From a virus (taxonomy: Duplodnaviria > Heunggongvirae > Uroviricota > Caudoviricetes), in IMG/VR virus record IMGVR_UViG_2541047806_000008: a stretch of 46,053 bases of DNA; one strand, 5' to 3'. Below, one piece after another: positions 26,747-35,753 of this stretch. Made by a program: the position numbers and the translations under genes. Position 1 is the stretch's first letter. Each line of letters begins with the position of its first letter. A model generated the notes under the pieces. The model worked only from the letters and a program-made list of their open reading frames with translations. It was not told the DNA's origin and did not search any database.

Positions 26747-27214
26747 TCATCGAAGGCATTGCGTCCTGATGTATTCCTGAAGCGTTCTCAATGCTGTTTG
26801 GTCGCGGATAATTCCGTCCCGGATACCGAGAACGTTTCGTCCAGCAACTGGAGAGAGTTCGACGGTGGCATCATTGCCCATGCCGGAGGCGCTGGAGGTT
26901 TCGGCTGAGGATGGCACAGGGCATTTTCCTTTGACGAGCACCCGACCACCATTATCAAGCTTGCGCCGAAGAGCATCATTTTCAGCTTTCGCATCAGCTA
27001 ACTCCTTCGTGTATTTATCATCGAGTGCATCAGCATCACGCTGGCGCTGCTGCATGTCAGTAATGGTGGCGTTCGCCTTCTCCAGTTCACTGGCCTTGTT
27101 ATCGCGCTGTTCTTTGTAGGCGATTGCATTATCACGGTAATGATTAACAGCCCATGACAGGCAGACGATGATGCAGATAACCAGAGCGGAGATAATCGCG
27201 GTTACTCTGCTCAT
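26747..27214 (-). CDS. Spanin inner-membrane subunit Rz
   Basis: Lambda Rz-like from [31 protein letters not shown]; N-terminal membrane anchor and coiled coil. Confidence 0.8.
   Translation of the reverse strand: MSRVTAIISALVICIIVCLSWAVNHYRDNAIAYKEQRDNKASELEKANATITDMQQRQRDADALDDKYTKELADAKAENDALRRKLDNGGRVLVKGKCPVPSSAETSSASGMGNDATVELSPVAGRNVLGIRDGIIRDQTALRTLQEYIRTQCLR
26788..26994 (-). CDS. Spanin outer-membrane lipoprotein subunit Rz1 (embedded in Rz, alternate frame)
   Basis: 68-aa ORF inside Rz with lipobox-like LIMVVGCSS and proline-rich segment [11 protein letters not shown], as in lambda Rz1. Confidence 0.7.
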   Translation of the reverse strand: MRKLKMMLFGASLIMVVGCSSKENALCHPQPKPPAPPAWAMMPPSNSLQLLDETFSVSGTELSATKQH

Positions 27215-27708
27215 TGTTTCCCCCACAAACAGACTTCACGCTCAATCTCACGGCGAGTCATCAGTCCTTTCCATTGATTACCGCCAGCGTATGTCCAGCG
27301 CCGTAGCTGATCACATGCGCCTTTAATATCACCCTGGTTTATTTTGCGAAGAAGCGTCGATGTTCTGAAATTGCCAGCACCCACGTTGTAGACGAACGAG
27401 TAAAGAGCGCCGCGCGTTGTTTCCGGTATATCGACTTTGATGTACCGGTTAATTTGTCTGGCGACAGTGGCAAGGTCTTTATTCAGGAGGGCTTTGCACT
27501 CTGCTTCGGTATACGTTTTACCGGGAATGATGTCTTTTCCTGTATGCCCGTAACATACAGTCCATACACCAACTATGTCTTTGTAAGGATTATGTCTCAC
27601 ACCTTCCAGACCATCGTTACCACTTGGGCCAGTGATTAACACAGATGCTATAGCAATAGCCCCGCCACCAATAGCAGCAGCAACAGCTTTTCGTAATGAT
27701 GGAGGCAT
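27211..27708 (-). CDS. SAR-endolysin (lysozyme, phage 21 / RrrD type)
   Basis: 165 aa; N-terminal Gly/Ala-rich signal-anchor-release segment ([20 protein letters not shown]) and lysozyme core; resembles DLP12 RrrD as recalled. Confidence 0.85.
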   Translation of the reverse strand: MPPSLRKAVAAAIGGGAIAIASVLITGPSGNDGLEGVRHNPYKDIVGVWTVCYGHTGKDIIPGKTYTEAECKALLNKDLATVARQINRYIKVDIPETTRGALYSFVYNVGAGNFRTSTLLRKINQGDIKGACDQLRRWTYAGGNQWKGLMTRREIEREVCLWGKQ

Positions 27709-27923
27709 TATTCACCTCTCGCAGCCTTGCGCTTATCTTCTTTAATCTTGAAATAAAGGTTTGTCAGGTACGTCAGCAGGCCAAATACCAGGCTACCCAG
27801 CACACCTATTGCTGCCCACTGTGAGGGCGTGACTTTATCGAGCAGCTGTAAAAACCAGTACCCGGCACTACCTGCTGAGGTGCCATAGGCGACACCCGTT
27901 GTTAACTTATCCATGGATTTCAT
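27708..27923 (-). CDS. Pinholin (S21 / EssD type)
   Basis: 71 aa with two TM segments; resembles phage 21 S and DLP12 EssD as recalled. Confidence 0.85.
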
Positions 27924-28046
27924 AACCCCACCTCGCAGACAAAGCGGGTGTAAATTGAGGGAATACTACGAAACGTAACAGACTCGGAGTCAGTGAATAA
28001 CTCAGGTATTGGGTTATCAGCTAATATCGAGACTCAAAAAATGGAA

Positions 28047-28068
28047 AAACCCGCTCGACGGCGGGTTT
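28047..28068 (-). terminator. Putative intrinsic terminator on the minus strand, about 125 nt upstream of the holin start
   Basis: AAACCCGC-TCGACG-GCGGGTTT inverted repeat; on the minus strand it is followed by UUCCAUUUUUU. Confidence 0.4.
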
Positions 28069-28496
28069 AAGCTGTGTGACGAAGTAACCACTCTTAACAG
28101 CATAACCAATTTTTTACGTACGTAAACCACTAAATGATATTTGCGAGAATGCTACCGAGTATTGAAAACACCACTACAAATACATAAGCAAATCTCAACA
28201 AATAACCAACAAATAATTTCCAGCGTTATTTTTAGCCAATTTAAATTGAACCTTCAAATTATAGAGCACTTATAAATAACAGCCATTAATATAAATTGGC
28301 TAATAGATTTATTTTTATTCAGCCAAGAGCCATGAATAGGATTCGATAGAAAAAAGTTCAGATAAAAATAGAGATCTACTTCACAAATTAAACGAGAAAC
28401 CAAAACTTACATCTTGAAATAATCACATTGATTAGATGAATATTTATCGCGCAGTGACATCATTTTTTAATAATAGTTCAAAAAAAAGGGCTCACG

Positions 28497-29579
28497 ATGA
28501 AAAAATTAACAGTGGCAATTTCTGCTGTAGCTGCATCAGTACTGATGGCGATGTCTGCTCAGGCAGCTGAAATTTATAATAAAGACAGTAACAAGCTGGA
28601 TCTGTACGGGAAAGTTAATGCTAAGCACTACTTCTCCTCTAATGATGCAGATGATGGTGATACTACTTATGCCCGTCTTGGCTTCAAAGGTGAAACCCAA
28701 ATCAACGATCAACTGACTGGTTTCGGTCAGTGGGAATATGAATTCAAAGGCAACCGCGCTGAATCTCAAGGTTCTTCCAAAGACAAAACCCGTCTTGCAT
28801 TTGCAGGCCTGAAATTTGGTGATTACGGCTCAATCGATTACGGCCGTAACTACGGTGTAGCATACGACATCGGTGCGTGGACTGACGTCCTGCCAGAATT
28901 CGGTGGTGATACCTGGACCCAAACAGATGTGTTCATGACTGGTCGCACTACTGGTGTTGCAACTTATCGTAACAACGACTTCTTTGGTCTGGTCGATGGC
29001 CTGAACTTTGCTGCTCAGTATCAGGGTAAAAATGACCGCACTGACGTAACTGAAGCCAATGGTGATGGTTTCGGTTTCTCCACTACTTATGAGTATGAAG
29101 GATTCGGCGTGGGTGCAACCTATGCTAAATCAGATCGCACTGACGGTCAGGTCGCCTATGGTAAGAGCAAATTCAATGCCTCCGGCAAAAATGCGGAAGT
29201 ATGGGCTGCAGGCCTGAAATATGATGCGAACAATATCTATCTGGCTACCACATATTCTGAAACTCAGAATATGACCGTTTTTGGTAATAACCATATTGCA
29301 AACAAAGCACAAAACTTTGAAGCAGTAGCACAATATCAGTTTGACTTCGGTCTGCGCCCATCTGTTGCTTACCTTCAGTCAAAAGGTAAAGACCTTGGTG
29401 TTCATGGTGACCGAGACTTAGTCAAGTATGTCGATGTCGGTGCTACTTACTACTTTAATAAAAACATGTCCACTTTTGTTGATTACAAAATCAACTTAAT
29501 TGACGATAGTAAGTTTACCAAAACAGCTGGTATTGATACTGATGACATCGTTGCTGTAGGTCTGGTTTACCAGTTCTAA
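28497..29579 (+). CDS. nmpC: Outer membrane porin, NmpC / Lc / OmpD family (cargo gene)
   Basis: 360 aa with signal peptide ([23 protein letters not shown]) and a general-porin sequence ending ...VGLVYQF; uninterrupted here; antisense to the late operon. Confidence 0.85.
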   Translation: MKKLTVAISAVAASVLMAMSAQAAEIYNKDSNKLDLYGKVNAKHYFSSNDADDGDTTYARLGFKGETQINDQLTGFGQWEYEFKGNRAESQGSSKDKTRLAFAGLKFGDYGSIDYGRNYGVAYDIGAWTDVLPEFGGDTWTQTDVFMTGRTTGVATYRNNDFFGLVDGLNFAAQYQGKNDRTDVTEANGDGFGFSTTYEYEGFGVGATYAKSDRTDGQVAYGKSKFNASGKNAEVWAAGLKYDANNIYLATTYSETQNMTVFGNNHIANKAQNFEAVAQYQFDFGLRPSVAYLQSKGKDLGVHGDRDLVKYVDVGATYYFNKNMSTFVDYKINLIDDSKFTKTAGIDTDDIVAVGLVYQF

Positions 29580-29595
29580 TCTGATTACGAAAAAG

Positions 29596-29634
29596 ATATG
29601 TTGCGGGAGGCGTTGCCTCCCCAACATATAAGTG
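29596..29634 (-). terminator. Candidate late terminator tR-prime (long hairpin plus U-tract on minus strand)
   Basis: Arms ATATGTTGCGGGAGG / CCTCCCCAACATAT around loop CGTTG (one bulge); on the minus strand followed by CUUUUUCG; about 135-170 nt downstream of the Q stop. Confidence 0.4.
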
Positions 29635-29716
29635 GCTCCCTCAAGCCACTTCCTTTAGAAGCACAACCTTGCTTCTAACTATATAAACCTTCTGTTATAT
29701 ATTACCCTTTATTTTT

Positions 29717-29745
29717 GGGGGCGTCTCAACGCCCCATTTTTAATA
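29717..29745 (+). terminator. Putative intrinsic terminator for the plus-strand porin transcript
   Basis: GGGGCG-TCTCAA-CGCCCC followed by ATTTTTAATAATTTTT on the plus strand. Confidence 0.5.
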
Positions 29746-29768
29746 ATTTTTAGTAAACAATTGGCATA

Positions 29769-30152
29769 TTAATTAGAGTTATTAACAACGATATCCATCT
29801 CTAACCGGATATCTAATGCCATTAACATCCCTTCAATTATGCCCTCAGCCTTTTGTAACCTTTTCCCGATATAACCATCAGAGCAGCAATGCTTACCTGC
29901 CAGTGACATGAATGTCATACCGACTACATAATAATCTACTAATAAATCGTGCAAATCGCTGTTGTTCTTTTTCAGACGGGCCATGCACCCGCAAATGATC
30001 ATCGCGTCATCGTCACAACATTGCGGGCGAGATTTTACTTTTGAAGGAATTAATCCCTTAAAACCGGCGGCAATGGACGACCAGGTCACATCTTCATGAT
30101 TATTAGCCGCCCACGCTCCCCAACGCTCAAGAACCATCTGAATATCACGCAT
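29769..30152 (-). CDS. Late antiterminator Q (QuuD-like)
   Basis: Resembles DLP12 QuuD as recalled ([24 protein letters not shown]...); ATG at 30150-30152 preceded by GGAG; the track ORF starts 5 codons upstream at TTG. Confidence 0.8.
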   Translation of the reverse strand: MRDIQMVLERWGAWAANNHEDVTWSSIAAGFKGLIPSKVKSRPQCCDDDAMIICGCMARLKKNNSDLHDLLVDYYVVGMTFMSLAGKHCCSDGYIGKRLQKAEGIIEGMLMALDIRLEMDIVVNNSN

Positions 30153-30237
30153 CAACTTACTCCACAAAACTCAGACCAGAACGCCAATTACAAGCAAAAA
30201 TCAACAAAACAGTATTAGTTGATTGTTATCTCTGACT

Positions 30238-30360
30238 TCATACTCCTGCTCCTGTCAGTGTTTTGGCGTAATTCTTCAGTATTCGGTAATCGGTCAAAAC
30301 AGAGCCGGGGAAACGATATAAGCGCAGACGCCCCCAGCGGTGGCGAAGAAGTTCTGCCAT
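30238..30360 (-). CDS. Possible small ORF (40 aa), ylcG-like by position
   Basis: Hand-translated MAELLRHRWGRLRLYRFPGSVLTDYRILKNYAKTLTGAGV between rusA and Q; below the track cutoff. Weak support. Confidence 0.3.
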   Translation of the reverse strand: MAELLRHRWGRLRLYRFPGSVLTDYRILKNYAKTLTGAGV

Positions 30361-30374
30361 ATTAAACTCAAACA

Positions 30375-30737
30375 TCATTCATTCCCCATTTCGGTGATGG
30401 TCAGTTCCAGCCTCCCACCTTTGGTAACAGGCATCTTCACAACGCGGTAATCAACGACCTGAGCATCATCCAGCCAGAAACCTGCTTTAGTGAGTGCGTC
30501 AAAAGCGGCTTTTTGCAGATTATCCAGGTCACGGCGACGGCGATCCGGCATGTGGCACTCAATGCGGATTTTCACAGGCATAGCCAGGCCGATATCCAGC
30601 ATTGCGTTTTTAATGATTCGGGCGACGTTATCGCGGTATGCCTGCCCCTCTGCGCTGACGTGCGTGCGCCCGCGATTATGGCGGTAATAGCGATTATTGC
30701 TCGGAGGCCAGGGTAGTGTGATGTGGTAAGTATTCAC
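30375..30737 (-). CDS. rusA: Holliday junction resolvase RusA
   Basis: 120 aa; matches RusA as recalled ([38 protein letters not shown]...). Confidence 0.9.
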   Translation of the reverse strand: MNTYHITLPWPPSNNRYYRHNRGRTHVSAEGQAYRDNVARIIKNAMLDIGLAMPVKIRIECHMPDRRRRDLDNLQKAAFDALTKAGFWLDDAQVVDYRVVKMPVTKGGRLELTITEMGNE

Positions 30738-31024
30738 GCCTTAATTACCCTCTCTTTCAGCCAGATAACCTGCGTTCTCGCCATACCTTCCAGCGCGCAT
30801 TCTTTTGCATATCCAGCGTCAACAAAATGCGTGCGGCGGTCGATTTCGTCGTGGCAGGCAGAACATGCAATGGTGGCAATCAGGTCTGGCGGTTTGATAC
30901 CGGTACCGCACAATCCAGCCAGCCGGATATGTGCCAGTACAGACGTCTCAGAATTGCCATTACATACGCCAGGGATTCTTACCTGGCATTCCCGACCACG
31001 CGCTGCTTTTCTCAAATCAGCCAT
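30734..31024 (-). CDS. YbcO-like protein (DUF1364, putative nuclease)
   Basis: Start placed at [24 protein letters not shown] with AAGGAGGA upstream; cysteine-rich; the track ORF is extended from a TTG. Confidence 0.7.
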   Translation of the reverse strand: MADLRKAARGRECQVRIPGVCNGNSETSVLAHIRLAGLCGTGIKPPDLIATIACSACHDEIDRRTHFVDAGYAKECALEGMARTQVIWLKERVIKA

Positions 31025-31187
31025 GATTCCTCCTTGCTGCCAGTCGCAACCATTTTTTATCAACCAAGCTGGCGGTATATCCGAGCAGTGTTGGTATTTC
31101 GGATGGCTTCAGCTCAGGTTTACGCTTACGACGATTTGGTACTCTGTAGATGTGTCCGTTCATGACACGAATAAGCGGTGTAGCCAT
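31017..31187 (-). CDS. ninE: NinE-like protein
   Basis: 56-aa ORF hand-translated ([30 protein letters not shown]...), basic and lambda NinE-like; below the track cutoff. Confidence 0.6.
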   Translation of the reverse strand: MATPLIRVMNGHIYRVPNRRKRKPELKPSEIPTLLGYTASLVDKKWLRLAARRNHG

Positions 31188-31642
31188 TACGCCTCCTGCT
31201 TGTCGCGCAGCAGCTGGAACTCGCAGCTCTGCGGAATAGTCAGGTGGCAGCCAATATTCACCGCCCAGGCTTCAACCTTACACAGGAAGATATACATCTC
31301 TCCGGTATCAAGATCGGAGGTATGGCGTAACGACTGGATAGTGGTGATCTCACCGGTTACGACATCAACCAGGTCTTTGGTTTCATAACCGAGATATGTG
31401 TGTTTGAGAGCATCTTTTACCCAAGCTGGAGTGGCGAACGTTTTACCCCTGCTGATGAGGTATTCACTGATTTCGCTGTACCACATGTGGCTGAGTGCAT
31501 TCTGGGAAAGACTGCGTTTCTCACGCCACGGTTTAAGCACCATGCGAAAGCATTTGCCTTCCTCCAGATAAGGCTGGATCTGCTGGCCGATAGCGGTGAA
31601 GTTACCACGATGCAATTTGATGCCGTCTTGTGGGAGGTTCAC
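31187..31642 (-). CDS. NinB family protein (YbcN-like)
   Basis: 151 aa; pattern [18 protein letters not shown] resembles the lambda NinB core; DLP12 YbcN-like. Confidence 0.7.
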   Translation of the reverse strand: MNLPQDGIKLHRGNFTAIGQQIQPYLEEGKCFRMVLKPWREKRSLSQNALSHMWYSEISEYLISRGKTFATPAWVKDALKHTYLGYETKDLVDVVTGEITTIQSLRHTSDLDTGEMYIFLCKVEAWAVNIGCHLTIPQSCEFQLLRDKQEA

Positions 31643-31675
31643 GCTTCACCTCCGCAGAGGTCAAACGCTGGATGC

Positions 31676-31760
31676 AAAAAATCGCAGGTGCATCTCTGCA
31701 TCTGTGAAGGGAGAAGAGAGTTTGGATTGTATGTGCGCATAAACGTCCCCGTTTAGCGCA
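31676..31760. repeat. 85-bp direct repeat, copy 1 (partner at 33610-33694)
   Basis: AAAAAATCGCAGGTGCATCTCTGCATCTGTGAAGGGAGAAGAGAGTTTGGATTGTATGTGCGCATAAACGTCCCCGTTTAGCGCA; 80 of 85 positions identical to copy 2. Confidence 0.85.
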
Positions 31761-31836
31761 GAAGTCACCGGAGTTGTTCAAGCTCCAATGGCATGATTAT
31801 GGCTGGTTGATTATTGGAAATCAAATGTGCTGAAAA

Positions 31837-32346
31837 TTAGTCTGCCAAGTCTTCCTCAGTCGCAACTGGGTAATTCCAAATATCAAAAAAAGCTATAGCC
31901 TCCTGCCATTTGCTCCATAAGTTATCAAGTACTTGTGTAGGTTCCGTACTTTTAAAAACAGAATCAGCCGCATCACCGTTATGAACTTCCTCGTACAGTT
32001 CCATTATTAGCAGATTAACAAAGTACTGTTTCAACATTAATGCCTGATTACCTTCTTTCTGCTGGCTATCCTGCTTGATGAGCTCCATCGCCCGTACTAG
32101 GCACCTGATGATATCCGCTGCATCATTAACGCTCCATTCAGATCCGCGCTTATCTTTAGCTGATGAATTGGCTCTCTCAGCGCAAGCCTTTAAAGACTCA
32201 TAAAGGTAAACTCTATTTTGTAGCTGCAGCGCTTTTTTTGACGTGCACCAACTTGCAAGCGCCGACCCCGCTGCGGCTAATGTGCCAAACGCAGAAATGC
32301 CTGCTGCTATTGCACTTAAGTCGGCACTGTCAAAGTTCCACATCAT
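31837..32346 (-). CDS. Hypothetical protein with N-terminal hydrophobic anchor
   Basis: 169 aa; hydrophobic segment LSAIAAGISAFGTLAAAGSALASW then an acidic soluble region; AT-rich gene; no family recognised. Confidence 0.5.
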   Translation of the reverse strand: MMWNFDSADLSAIAAGISAFGTLAAAGSALASWCTSKKALQLQNRVYLYESLKACAERANSSAKDKRGSEWSVNDAADIIRCLVRAMELIKQDSQQKEGNQALMLKQYFVNLLIMELYEEVHNGDAADSVFKSTEPTQVLDNLWSKWQEAIAFFDIWNYPVATEEDLAD

Positions 32347-32520
32347 CGTTACACCTTATATAAACACCCCTCAGTAATATCCAATAAGGTATGTGAACAA
32401 TCAATATAATTTATATCCGTATCGGCACATAGCGATTTTAATGCTACTGATAATGGTATCTTTTAGATTATATCGTCCAGTTCCAGTACCCGTATTTTAT
32501 GAAATGGACTCGCACATTAC

Positions 32521-32562
32521 CAAAAAAAATGCCAGCACTTCCGTCATCGCAGAATGCTGGCA
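32521..32562 (-). terminator. Putative intrinsic terminator downstream of the Bro-N gene
   Basis: Inverted repeat GCCAGCA...TGCTGGC at 32531-32561; on the minus strand it is followed by a run of 8 U (plus-strand A-run 32522-32529). Confidence 0.5.
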
Positions 32563-32581
32563 GTATTTCTAACTAGTGACT

Positions 32582-33190
32582 TTATTGCAACAGATTCTGA
32601 CGGAAATATGGTAACACACGACTCCACTTATCATCCTGCCACGGTTGGAATTTTACATGCGCCGTTTCTCTGGCAAGGATTTCTCGCGCCCTGTTGAGTA
32701 TCCGAGGATATTCTTGTTCGATTGAAGTGAATCTACCTGCTTCGCGATGCTCTGCGACCTGAAGAAGGGGCGTAACGTTCTGGCAGGCGGTTAACATCGT
32801 ATCACTTGCTCGCCATAACCAGGCGAGTGTGCAAAGTTCGTTATCAGTGAATTGTTTTGTGATTGGGGATTGTTGAACTTCTCGATCGAGAATATCCAGA
32901 ACCCAGCGGCGGAATTCTTTGGCCACAGGAGTACGAGCAAACATGGCGATCAAATGGGCTCCGCGAAGGCTAAATACTCGAGACTCCTGCATTCCACGAG
33001 GGGTGGTCACTTTGACCACCCTTGTCATCATATCTGTGAATTCATCTGAGTGCCGAGAGTAAATGCGCTGAACTGCTTTATCGTCCGCATATTCCAGTGC
33101 TAAACCAACTTCAGTGGCAGTAAGCCAAATTCTGTTATTGTGGCAAATCGGGGTAAACGTCGTTTTGTGGAATGCTAATTGAGTAGTCAT
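32582..33190 (-). CDS. Bro-N domain protein (phage antirepressor-like)
   Basis: 202 aa; N-terminal region (FTPICHNNRIWLTATEVGLALEYADDKAVQRIYSRH ... RVFSLRGAHLIAMFARTPVAKEFRRWV) fits the Bro-N / KilA-N-like pattern. Confidence 0.6.
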   Translation of the reverse strand: MTTQLAFHKTTFTPICHNNRIWLTATEVGLALEYADDKAVQRIYSRHSDEFTDMMTRVVKVTTPRGMQESRVFSLRGAHLIAMFARTPVAKEFRRWVLDILDREVQQSPITKQFTDNELCTLAWLWRASDTMLTACQNVTPLLQVAEHREAGRFTSIEQEYPRILNRAREILARETAHVKFQPWQDDKWSRVLPYFRQNLLQ

Positions 33191-33609
33191 AGTATCACCT
33201 CATCAGGTTAACCATCACCACCAACGACGCCAATCGACTGGTGGTGAACTGTGTAAGGTTGGCGTAACCGGCTACTCAAACCCGGCGCTTCCGAAGAAGC
33301 CCTCACACAGCCCACCATAATTTGGGCATAGCCGTGCTTAGCGCACAAAAAAACCGCTTAACGCGGTATGCGTTGAGTAGTATCCCGGGACGCCAATCCC
33401 GTGTGCCGATTTTGCGGCAACGCACAGAATATAGCGCCGGATAAATCATGTCGTCAACCCCAGTAAATGGACACCATGATGATCACATCCATAGCTGCTA
33501 CAACAGTTACAACTACCTCAGGCCAAAACATAACGATTTCCATATCACCTTTAGCCGCCAGACGAATAGAGACTCCCAATTCTGGCTGTCGAAGTAAAAC
33601 ACCGAATGT

Positions 33610-33694
33610 AAAAAATCGTAGGTGCATTTCTGCATCTGTGAATGGAGATGAGAGTTTGGATTGTGTGTGCGCATAAACGTCCCCGTTTAGCGCA
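33610..33694. repeat. 85-bp direct repeat, copy 2 (partner at 31676-31760)
   Basis: AAAAAATCGTAGGTGCATTTCTGCATCTGTGAATGGAGATGAGAGTTTGGATTGTGTGTGCGCATAAACGTCCCCGTTTAGCGCA. Confidence 0.85.
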
Positions 33695-34002
33695 ACCCCA
33701 CCACCGGGTGTTCAGGCCGACAGTAACTATATTATTCCCTACTGATTTTTGAAAATCAAAGGTCTTTATACGTCACACGAGAGCAAATATTTCCGAAGAA
33801 GAAACCTTTCACCTTGAAAGGATAAAGAGTTCATTTCATAAATTGAAATATTCAATAAGAATATTGCAAAAAATGAAATTATTTACTAGCGAGTCTATCT
33901 AACTGATAATTATGAAGATTGTAAGCGGTAGCAATCACCCGCATACACATTGAACAGGATTTAATACAAAACGTCTTAAATTGTCCGTAAGGAATAGCAC
34001 GA

Positions 34003-35505
34003 ATGACTCAAACTCCTCTATTACTTGCAATCATATTTTTATTGGTTGTTCTTGTTCTTTATATAGCTGCAATCAAACGCATCAAAAAAATACAATTAGA
34101 ATTAAGTGATAGCAATCAAAAAAATGAAGAATACAAATCTCGCTTTGCAGATTATTTTAATGTAGAAGAAGAATGTAAGAAGCTTATTGAGAAAACAGAG
34201 CAAGAATGCTCCATAATAAAAGAAGAATCCCTAAAAGTAAAAGAAAATGCCAATAATGAACTAACAAACACCATTGAAAAAATGGATGGTATCAATAAAC
34301 AAATCCAAGAGCTAAGAAGAACTTATAAAGAGAAGAAAGAAATATATGATAAACTAGTAAGGCAAATTTCTATTTATTCAGAAGATGTTGAGCTAGCCGA
34401 ACTAGGATTTTACGAACCTCATTTTAATTTTGAAGATTCAGAGCAATTTAAAAACAAAATAAAATCCATCAGGGATGAACAGAAATTAATGCTGCGGGAT
34501 AAAACCCACTCTGGCGCAGTATATTGTACAACCCAATGGACTGTTGAAGGCTCTCGAGCAGAGGGTAAAAAAATGACAGACAGAAATATCAGGCTAACTA
34601 CTAGAGCATTTAATAATGAATGTGATGCTGCAATTAGCAATTGCACGTGGAAAAACATCACTAAAATGGAAGAACGCATCACAAAGGCATTTGAGGCCAT
34701 AAATAAACTAAACGAGCAAAATCACATATATATAAACACTAAATACCTCAATAAAAAACTTGAGGAATTGTGGCTTACCCATGAATATCGTGAGCAAAAA
34801 CAGAAAGAAAAAGAAGAACAGGCAGAAATAAGGGCACAAATGAGAGAGGAGGAGCGTGCACAACGAGAAATAGAAAAGGCCATGCAAGACGCAGAGGCAG
34901 AAGAGCGCCGTTATAAAAAAGCAATTGAAGCTGCAAGAAAGGAAATGGAAAAAGTTACTGGTGACATGAAGCAGCGCCTCGAAAATCGCATTGCCGAACT
35001 AGAACAGAGTTTGTCGCAGGCTGAATCAAAGCATCAAAGAGCATTATCCATGGCACAACAAACCAAACAAGGTCATGTTTATATTATTTCGAACATAGGT
35101 TCTTTTGGGGAGAATGTTTATAAAATAGGCATGACACGACGTCTTGATCCGCAAGACCGTGTAAATGAGCTCGGTGATGCATCTGTTCCTTTTATTTTTG
35201 ATGTACATGCCATGATTTATTCGGAGGACGCTCCATCATTAGAAAAAAAACTACATGATGTCTTCGATAAAAAGAGAGTCAATCTTGTAAATCGTAGAAA
35301 AGAGTTTTTCTATGTTACTCTGGATGAGATCAAAGAAGCTGTTAAAAAACACTCTGATTCAGAAATTGAATTTATTGAGACAGCAGTCGCAAAAGACTTT
35401 AATGAGTCATTGGCTATTCGTAATCATGAAAATAAAAAAAGTGACAACAGCAACTCATCAATTATACCTGAGCGAAAAACCCCAGAGTTTGCAGATGCAA
35501 TTTAA
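34003..35505 (+). CDS. Membrane-anchored coiled-coil protein with C-terminal T5orf172 / GIY-YIG-like domain (DUF4041-like architecture)
   Basis: 500 aa; N-terminal TM helix (LLLAIIFLLVVLVLYIAAI), long Lys/Glu-rich coiled coil, C-terminal GHVYIISNIGSFGENVYKIGMTRRLDPQDRVNELGDASVPFIFDVHAMIY...; AT-rich; opposite strand to the early operon. Confidence 0.6.
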   Translation: MTQTPLLLAIIFLLVVLVLYIAAIKRIKKIQLELSDSNQKNEEYKSRFADYFNVEEECKKLIEKTEQECSIIKEESLKVKENANNELTNTIEKMDGINKQIQELRRTYKEKKEIYDKLVRQISIYSEDVELAELGFYEPHFNFEDSEQFKNKIKSIRDEQKLMLRDKTHSGAVYCTTQWTVEGSRAEGKKMTDRNIRLTTRAFNNECDAAISNCTWKNITKMEERITKAFEAINKLNEQNHIYINTKYLNKKLEELWLTHEYREQKQKEKEEQAEIRAQMREEERAQREIEKAMQDAEAEERRYKKAIEAARKEMEKVTGDMKQRLENRIAELEQSLSQAESKHQRALSMAQQTKQGHVYIISNIGSFGENVYKIGMTRRLDPQDRVNELGDASVPFIFDVHAMIYSEDAPSLEKKLHDVFDKKRVNLVNRRKEFFYVTLDEIKEAVKKHSDSEIEFIETAVAKDFNESLAIRNHENKKSDNSNSSIIPERKTPEFADAI

Positions 35506-35530
35506 TTAATTTGTAGTAGCAATAAAGCAG

Positions 35531-35560
35531 GCATCGTTGAGAATATTTTGTCAGCGATGC
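35531..35560 (+). terminator. Hairpin downstream of the T5orf172-like gene (possible terminator)
   Basis: GCATCGTTGA ... TCAGCGATGC inverted repeat with one mismatch, followed by TTACTTCTCT. Confidence 0.35.
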
Positions 35561-35753
35561 TTACTTCTCTAACAAAAACGGTGATTACCAACGAACTAAC
35601 GGACTTCAGGTAATCATAAGACAAATGGAACGACTCTCCGGTGATTAGATCCCTGCAATAACAGTAATTTTCTACTAACTGAAAAATCTTTAACTGCCGC
35701 TCCTATTTCTAAGCTGACTGCTAGATTACATGGTGTGTTACCGATGAAAACCG

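Noticed and set aside
33467-33676. 69-aa plus-strand ORF overlapping the second 85-bp repeat
   Set aside because: No RBS, low-complexity translation, and it spans the non-coding repeat; more likely non-coding regulatory DNA.
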